From: the human T2T-CHM13v2.0 reference genome, Homo sapiens
NCBI RefSeq assembly: GCF_009914755.1
Contig: NC_060929.1
Length of the DNA stretch: 64,000 nucleotides
Direction: 5' to 3' (one strand)
Positions 52,745-64,000 of this stretch are shown here, piece after piece. The position numbers and the translations under genes were made by a program. Every line of letters begins with the position of its first letter. The stretch's first letter is position 1. The notes beneath the pieces were generated by a model. It worked only from the letters and a program-made list of their open reading frames with translations. It searched no databases and had not been told where the DNA came from.

Positions 52745-53312
52745 AAGGCCCAGCTGGACCTTGGTGTTGCCAGAATTTGACCTGACATTCACAGCAAGGC
52801 CTTACTGTTGTCCCATTGGACATAAGCCATTTCACAGGGCATCAATGTGAGACAGGGCCGTTCTTTAACAATGATGGATCAAGACAAAAACAACAGCACT
52901 CTAATCATGTCTAACACATACAAAAGCATGAACATTGTCCAAGTCACAAAAATGACCTAGCTAATGAGTGCCTGCTGTCCTAGCTAATGTGAGTACCTGC
53001 TGCTTCTTTACCAATTGCAGCTTTAGCCTCACTCTAATCATTCCTCTTTCTAGATAAGATTTATTAATATACCCAATCATAGAATTACTCTTGCTTCTTG
53101 ACAGCATCCAGCACAAAGGAAAGTTCTGCTTCTTTAACCCTCTTGAAAAGCACTAACCCAAACCCAGATCCTCTAAGTCCTTTCCAATGCTCTCTTCCTG
53201 AGATGCCACGTGGTTTCCCATGCTACGTGTCCTCTCTCACTTCAACAAGCAATGAACCCAACTTGTTCAACTACAGGTGTGCTCGTGGTGGTCTTTGGCT
53301 AGGGGGCACTGA
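52745..53312 (+). mobile_element. Old ERV1-class solo LTR, family not assigned
   Basis: LTR-like U3/R composition ending aagcaatgaacccaacttgttcaactacaggtgtgctcgtggtggtctttgg. Confidence 0.55.
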
Positions 53313-54282
53313 TACTTCCTATCTCATTATTACAAAAGCACAGAGAATCTTGGAGAGGAGAAGGGGGAAGAAACTGCCACAAAGCTGGAGTCTCCCTTAG
53401 TGATGGTGGTTGGGGGGTGAGTGTGCATGGAGAGGGTGGAAACATGCACATATGCTTCCAATACATAAAGAGAGGTGTCTGCACCCTTCAGTATCTCAAT
53501 ACTTTCTCAGGCCTGGGGGAGTTCTTTTGAAGAGACCCTTAGATGGCTGTGTTTAGCTGGGATTAGAGCCACAGACCTTGCTGTTCCTGGCCAGGCCCTA
53601 TATCAAGGAGCTGATAGGTGGGGAGGTGGTGGGCCTCCACTCCACATAGTTTGGCACTTGTAATCTGAACTGATGACACCAAAGCAAAGCAACTGCCCAC
53701 CTCACAAGTCCCTGTGGTTTCTTGCTTTGATGCCCACTCTCTTTGTTGGATATGGTTAATGTGATGTGACTATGAGTGGAATACTAAAGACCACTTCTTT
53801 AGTGCCAAGCACTGTGCTAAGTGCTCTATGTATCTTTTTAGCCCTCTTACTCCTCAGAAGTAGGTATCAGTATAACCCCATTTTACAAGTGAGAAAGCTG
53901 GGACTTAGAGACATTATTTTGTCAAGGTCAGGTAGCTAATAAGCAGTAGAGGCAATACTTAACCCCCTAATGTCTGGTTCCAAAGGCCATGCTGTCATGT
54001 AAACATGAGCAGTGTAAAGAACTGTATGTTGTGGATATCAATGCAGCCTTCCTAGGAGAGCAGGATTTGGACTTCAGATTGAGCAGAACTCGCAAGCGAG
54101 CGGGAAAGATGAGACAGTAGCAGCAGTGAGACTCCAAACAGGACTTCCCCATCTCTGTGTGTCCCCAACAGTCCAACACATATGAGGGCTTAGTTTCATA
54201 TATGATTTCCAGGGGTTTATTGTAAAGGACTTATAAAAACATTTCTTTCTGTAAGTACTTTTTTTTTTTTCAATAGAGATGG

Positions 54283-54706
<424 letters not shown>

Positions 54707-54989
54707 TTCACCTTTATTTTTTTCATTTGAAAGTATATCTTAGAGTTTATTCAAAGTAAGTACATAGGTTTTCTTGTTTGTTTGTTTGTTTTTTAAGACA
54801 GGCACATAGCTATGCATTGCATGGGCACAAATAAATTGGGTTAAATAACCCTATTATTGGACATTTAGATTAATCCAGTCTTTTGCTATTACTATTTTAG
54901 TAACAAATACCCTTGTTCATTTATTTTTGTTCACATTTGTAAGTCCACTTACAGGATAAATTTCTAAAAGATGAATTGGTGGGTTAAAG

Positions 54990-55557
54990 TGTAGGTAGTA
55001 GATTGTACTTTACAAAGACAATCATGAAAAAATTTTCCACCTCCCAAGCTTTTCTACAATGTGACTTTGCCACTACTCTACCCAGAAGAGGTGAGGTCTA
55101 TTTCTCCATCCCCTTGGATAATGAGCTTAGGGGTGACAGTAACTGTTTTGACCAACAGAATGTAGCAGAAGGTATGTTGGGCTAGTTCTGGACATAGCCT
55201 TTAACTGGCCTGGTAGCTTCCACTTCTTGCCTCTTGGTAGTGCTACTACTCTGAGACCACTAAGCTATGAGAAATACAAGCTATATGGAGAAGCCCAGGA
55301 GTATGAGATAGCATGTGGAGAGGGAAAAGAGAGGCCAAGGAGCACTTAGGCATTGCACAGGCAAGTAACCAGGCCATCTTGGAAGCGAATCCTGCAGTGT
55401 CAGCCACCCCCGCTGACACCATACTGATCAGAGAAGAATTCCGCAGCCTAGCTCTTCCTGAATTTCTGACCCTCAAAAACATGAGCACAATAATTATAAA
55501 AGTGCAAACTACTAAGTTTGGGGGTAGTTTGTTACATGGTAATAGACAACTGTAACA
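54990..55557 (+). mobile_element. Old MLT1-family LTR
   Basis: actgttttgaccaacagaatgtagcagaag and actaagtttgggggtagtttgttac...taaca motifs. Confidence 0.7.
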
Positions 55558-55655
55558 GGGTACATGAATTTTCTATTTTGATTGATATTGTCAAATCACA
55601 CTTACAAAGAGGCTATACCAATTTACAGTCCCATAAAAAATGTATACAAGCACAC

Positions 55656-56067
55656 TGAGATGGTTTAGATCTGTGTCCCCACCCAAATCTCATGTTCAGT
55701 TGTAATCCTCAATATTGGAGGTGGGTCCTAGTGGGAGGCAATTGGATCATGGGGGCAGTTTCATCATGAATGGTTTAGCACTATCCCTGTTGGTCATGAT
55801 AGTGAGTGAGTTCTCATGAGATCTGGTCATTTAAAAGTATGTGGCACCCACCCCTCCCCCTCTCTTGCTTCTGCTCTGGCCATGTAAAGGGTACCTGCTT
55901 CCCCTTTGCCTTCCACCATGATTGTAAGTTTCCTGAGGCCTCCTCAGAAGTGAGAATCTGCATTTCCTGTACAGCCTGCAGAACCGTGAGCCAATTAAAC
56001 CTCTTTTCTTTGTTAATTACCTAGTCTCAGGTATTTATTTACAGCAGTGTGGGATTGCATTAATACA
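55656..56067 (+). mobile_element. MST solo LTR (MaLR)
   Basis: tgagatggtttagatctgtgtccccacc...gagccaattaaacctcttttc...taataca; near-TSD cacac/ctcac. Confidence 0.88.
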
Positions 56068-56097
56068 CTCACTAACACAGTGCATTATCAAACTTTT

Positions 56098-56455
56098 TTT
56101 AGACGGGGTCTTGCTGTGTTGCCCAGGCTGGATTTGAACTCCCAGGCTCAAGTAATCCTCCTGCCTCCGCCTCCCCAGTAGCTGGGACTACAGGTGCACA
56201 CCACTGTGCTTGGCCTTTTTAGCTTTTAAAGTGCCATGGACCATCCTGGCAGCCTTAGTCCAGGTCAGAGTGTGTAAGTGTTCCCAGTGCCATTGAGACT
56301 TGGGGTGATCCCCTTTGCCCACCAGTCTCTGTGGGACCAACCCCTGCCCTCTGGGGCCTCAAGTTTCCCTTCTGCAGAATGAGTGCTGTGGCCAACAGCT
56401 CCTGGGCCTGTCCCCTGCAAGCAGCCTGCCCCTGCAGGCACATGCCACCATGCCT
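56098..56455 (-). mobile_element. Composite retroposed insertion (FLAM, non-Alu sequence and short Alu-like end)
   Basis: Perfect 19-bp direct repeat agtgcattatcaaactttt at 56079-56097 and 56456-56474. Confidence 0.75.
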
Positions 56456-56658
56456 AGTGCATTATCAAACTTTTGGATCTCTGAAATCTGAAAGGTAAAA
56501 ATAATATCTGTCTTAATTTATATTGCATATATTATAAATTAGACTACACACCATTTTGTGTATTTTAAAGCCATTTGTATGTGATCTGGGATCTGTCAAT
56601 TTTCTTTGCTCATTTTTCTATTAGATTATTGGTCTCATTGATTTGTAAGACCTCTTTA

Positions 56659-57357
56659 GGGCTGGGCACAGTGGCTCATGCCTATAATCCTAGTAGCATT
56701 TTGGGAGGCTGAGGTGGGCAGATTGCTTGAGCCCAGGAGTTGGAGACCAGCCTGTCTCTACAAAAGATTCAAACATTAGTTGGCCATGGTAGCACATGCA
56801 TGTAGTTCCAGCTACTCCAGGGAGCTGAGGCGGGAGGATCACCTGAGCCCAGGAGGTTGAGGCTGCAGTTAGACATGATTGTGCCACTGCATTCCATCCT
56901 GAGTGACAGAGTGAGACCCTGTCTCAAAAAAACAAAACAAAAAAAAACCTCTTTATATATTAAGGTGATTAACACTTTTTCCTATGTGTGGCAAATATTT
57001 TTCCAAGTTTGTGTCCTTTGATTTTGTGTGTGGTTTAACAGTGGATCTGTAGTTCATAGGTGAAGCAACAGATGTGGTTTTGTTTTTTTTTTTTTTGAGA
57101 TGGAGTCTTGCTCTGTCGCCCAGGCTGGAGTGCAGTGGCGCAATCTTGGCTCACTGCAAGCTCCGCCTCCCGGGTCCACGCCATTCTCCTGGGACTACAG
57201 GCGCCTGCCACCACGCCCGGCTTATTTTTTGTATTTTTAGTAGAGATGGGGTTTCACCATGTTAGCCAGGACGGTCTCAAATCTCCTGACCTCGTGATCC
57301 GCCGGCCTCGGCCTCCCAAAGTGCTAGGATTACAGGTGTGAGCCCCCACACCCAGCC
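56659..57357. mobile_element. Sense AluJ (56659-56947) and antisense AluY-like (57077-57357, about 20-bp internal deletion) in an old antisense L1M
   Basis: Alu consensus matches; ccattctcct|gggactacag junction. Confidence 0.88.
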
Positions 57358-60300
57358 CAGATATCTTTCTTTTAGGCAGCAGCTACATAGCTGGGCTACA
57401 TAGCTGTCTCAATAATTCAGAGATGGTAATGTACTGGTTAAAGTATATTAGAGGTCAGAAACCTTTCAACAAAATCATGTTGTTTATTTTTAGAAATTCA
57501 ACAAAGCGTGAATTATTGCTTATACACAAATGTCTACCTAAACTGTAAATGTTCTTCTGGGGTAAGTTTGTTTGCTTTCCGATTATGCACTGAATTCACC
57601 ACAGTTGTCTAAAGATAGGGCTTTATAGGAAAGTAGAAAGTGCACAAGAAGGAAGTGCAGGGAGAATGAAGATTGCCTTCGCCGGTGGGGACACCTGACA
57701 GGCAGGGCCTCTTGGTGAGGCTGGGTGAGGGCTGACTGTTCCAGAGATTGAACCAGATTCCCTTTCAGATCAGCACTTCCTGGAAAGGAGTGCTGGGCTG
57801 TCACATCCCCATTAAGTACACATATGTCACCTTTTCCCTGCAGACATTGGGTGACACCCAGCCTCTGTTTGCTTTGGTCAGAATGACTTAACTTTTCTAC
57901 TCCAGCCTGGCCCCCAGCCCCAGGCCTGAAACCATTCCATCCTTGTGGTCTTCATTCAGATGTTACTCACACATCCTTGGACAAAAGAGGATTCATGAAA
58001 AAGATGGATACAGGCTTCTTCTTCTCTGCCAACTTCAGTGGGCCCCGGACAGATAGGTGTGGGCAAATAAGCTTTTCCACTTTGCTCTTCTGGTCCCCTA
58101 AGGTTCATTTTGGTTTTCAAGAAAAGAAACTATCTCAGGCTCTGAACTCGGCCCCAAAAGCATTGCTTAGAGAAGGCAACAGCCTCCTCAGGCCCAGGAA
58201 TGGCCAGACTGTCTCTCTTGTGTCCAGATCATAAAATGGGATGAGATAGTCTCTAAAAAGCCCCTCTCCTAAAACTGTCATTCTGTTTGAGCTAAACCTC
58301 CCAGATTTCTGCTTGCTGAGGAGTCACCCAGAATATTCAATGGAAGAAAAATCCAATTTGTGAGCTCTGGACCCCAGGCTGCACACAGAAGCTGCGTGAT
58401 GGACTTGGTACAGAATTAGGTCACAGCATGCTATGTGCATGTGGATGAATTTTGGCTGGTGGCTCAGGAGACTGAGAATGCATGCCCTAAACATTCACCT
58501 AGAAAACTTTCCTGATTTTAACTGTGGTGTATCTCTTCAGTTACTCACATAGAGGACACTTTGTTCTAAAACCCGGGGGTATGCCCAGCATTCATCACAG
58601 TCTGGGCACTGTGTTTGTGGTCACATTTACCCCTGGCAGGGTCCTTAGGTCCTAGTTAGCAGCTTTTTCTACTTCAAGGGAAGCAGCAAGAAAAGTAAAA
58701 GACAAAACAAAAAACAACATAGCAAGTTACTTTTGACTTTCCTAGCAAATCACCTAGCAAGATGAAAGGGGAATGTGTCTCTTAACTGGATGACACCAAA
58801 TGAATTATGGGGCAAAGGGCAACTGACAGCAACTGCCTAGGAGTGGCAGAGACAGATTTATAGACAGGCTCATTGCCCACCCTTGATTTCTCAAAATGAA
58901 ACAGGGAGAGAAAGGTGTTCTTCAATTTGGTGTATCCCAGAGATAGAAAATCAGTGAAGTAGGAAAGAGTGTGAGTTTCAAAGTATGGTGACTTCAGTTT
59001 GAATACCAGTAGCTCTATGAACCTGGAGATGTCCCCACCTTCCTGAGCCTCCATTTCCTCATGTGTAAAACAAGGATACTACATACCTGCCAGATAAAGA
59101 TTAAAGGAGATTTGATCACATAGAGTAGTGCCAGGCTCACAGTGGGCCACCAATAAGTGATGTTAGTTATCATTATTCCTCACTTGAGTTTCTCCTGAGA
59201 AATACAATCTCAACTAAACCCCAGTCCCAATTTTCTCTCTAAGGACTGGTTTATCCACCTGGGGTCTCCCATAGGTGTTGCTCATGCTGCTGGTAGTTTC
59301 TCTCCTAAGCTTCACTCACCATTCCGGCAAACAGGGCTGTAAACACTTTGTTCATATTGTGTAAGTCTTGGGGAGACAGAACTCCCCCTCCTGCTTTGAA
59401 AGCCAGCCCAGTCACTGTACAGGCCTGAGACCTGGACTTAATCAATTTGATGCTTCTTCCAGAAGCTGGGACTCTTACGTGAGTAAAAGAGAGACACTGG
59501 GACAGGTGAGAAATGATCACGAGTCAGGAGGCGCAAGGACAGTAGCAATCCCGGCCTGTCCCCTGCTCTTGCTGCGCAGCCTCCTTTGTTCTTGTTTATT
59601 TTCACAGCCTGGTTCTCCAGCCTTCTAGTCAATTCTGTGAACCACTAGGTCTCCTCCCAATACATTCCTTTTTTGAATGAGTCAGGCAGAGCTGCTTGCT
59701 ATTGTTTGAAACGAAGAAGTTTCTAATGTGGAGCCAAGACACCTTTTTCATACTGCCAGGCAAGAGGAAAATCCAGCCTGTTGAGATTTGGGTGTTGAGA
59801 GCTGCCCTTTCCCTGGGAAAAGCAACTACTAGCAAAGAGGGCAAGAGAGATTTCCATAGCTGCCCCAGGGTTCAGGGGAGGCAGTGTCTCTGCCCTTTGA
59901 TGTTGCTGGAAATCCTCTAACAACGCTTACACAATCTCAAAACTAGCAACTCAGGAAACAGGATAAAGCAGTGCAAGAGAAATACAAGGCAGGCAAGTTC
60001 CTGGTTCAAAGTCATAAACATTTGCCATAAAAATGAGAACAAGATTTCCCTTGATAAACAAAACAAAGGCAAGAAAATGTGGAGATTGGTTGCTTTTTCC
60101 TCTTGCTGTACTAAGGAGGGTTGACCTTGATTCTACCTTTTCTTTGCTCGACAGCATAGGCAAAAAGACTAAGCTGAAGTCAGGCCAGGGAGGAGACATA
60201 GGCGTCCATCCCATAGTTACCCCAACAGGGGACTGGGTGTGTCCTGAAGTTTCCTTTTTTCTTCCTTTCCCCACTAGCAAATGTCCCTGATAAGAACCCA

Positions 60301-60984
60301 TCATGATGCTGAGTTACATGACCCCTGAGCCAAGTATCACCTCATCAGTGAAGCCTTCTTTGATATCCCCAGGTAGAGTTCGTTGTTCCCAGCCCTACAT
60401 AATACTGCATTGGAGAGTATGTGGTCATTTAGTTGTCTGTCTGCCTCACTAGACCTATAGTGAGTGCTTTGATGGAAAGGACTATGCCTGGCAGTACCAG
60501 GCTCAGAAGTAATCTCAGAGTTTGTTGAATAAAATGAATGTGGGAGACCTGACTTCATGTGAACAGCTGTGTCATTCCTCTATTCTGTGAGTTCACAGTT
60601 GATAGCAACATGCCAAGAATGGCCTTGGCCTCCAGGCCCCGTATGTGTGTTGGTGGGGGGTATGGGAGTGGGAGAGTCCATGCAAACAGCATTTAAGGCA
60701 CCAAATGGCCCTCCTAGGGAAGTGATTAAATTGAATAAAAGGACTTATTTAACTAGCAAGCAATTATTGAGTGTTCATGTACCAGTTGGCCCATACTTAA
60801 GGTAAGAGGCAGTGAACACATGTCCTAGGAGCCAGAAAGGAAATCAGCAGTACTCCTTCCACCAAGAGCCATTGCTGACAGCCCCTCTCTGCCCTGGCAT
60901 CAGCCAGGGCCTGATGGCTCTGTCCATGAGCAGACTCATTGTCAGCCCTCACTTGGGGAACTGACTTTTTTGTTTAACTTTTTT

Positions 60985-61294
<310 letters not shown>

Positions 61295-61484
61295 GAACCA
61301 ACTTCTAAAAAAACATTAGACCCTGGGGCCAGTCATTTCCTTCAAGTCACCACACTTCCTATATCACTCTCTCCTCTTGGTGGTTTTGACAAAAAGATGT
61401 GACTTGCCATACCCTAAGAAGCTGCTTTCTTTTCAGAGCAGATTGCTTTGGTCACTCACTTGGGCACAGCAATGAGAGGTCTAG

Positions 61485-62315
<831 letters not shown>

Positions 62316-62399
62316 GCCAAACTGCAACTCTCTGGTCTTCCTGAAATAGTGAATGCTTTCCCTAAATTAGATTTACCTTAGTATGCTTAATAGCTTACA

Positions 62400-64000
<1,601 letters not shown>

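Noticed and set aside
57378-57408. gctacatagctg micro-duplication with a small palindrome; similar gaaaatctat duplication near 48386
   Set aside because: Ordinary slippage-sized duplications with no supporting context

Overview
Human (primate) genomic DNA, recognisable as the 5q31.1 SOWAHA-SHROOM1 locus. It holds two convergent protein-coding genes. SOWAHA (ANKRD43) is intronless on the + strand (CDS 33360-35009, 549 aa). SHROOM1 is on the - strand with seven coding exons traced through GT-AG junctions (45872-42528, 852 aa) and a CpG-island promoter near 49.5-50.7 kb. The rest is dominated by about 40 Alu/FLAM copies, a 5'-inverted L1PA, solo LTRs (THE1, LTR8, MST, MLT1), old L1M/L2/MIR fragments, microsatellites and a 93-bp tandem repeat. 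I see no convincing new protein-coding system; most short ORFs are Alu, L1 or CpG-island artefacts. The most interesting structures are: (1) a tailless half-tRNA-Gly retrocopy with a triplicated A-box inside an old tandem duplication; (2) a 358-bp composite insertion flanked by a perfect 19-bp target-site duplication; (3) a GC-rich cassette bracketed by direct and inverted copies of one motif between the two gene ends; (4) a U7 snRNA pseudogene whose target site was reused by an Alu; (5) a strong-Kozak uORF upstream of SOWAHA; (6) a convergent CTCF motif pair around SOWAHA. Repeat subfamily names and repeat boundaries are by eye and approximate.
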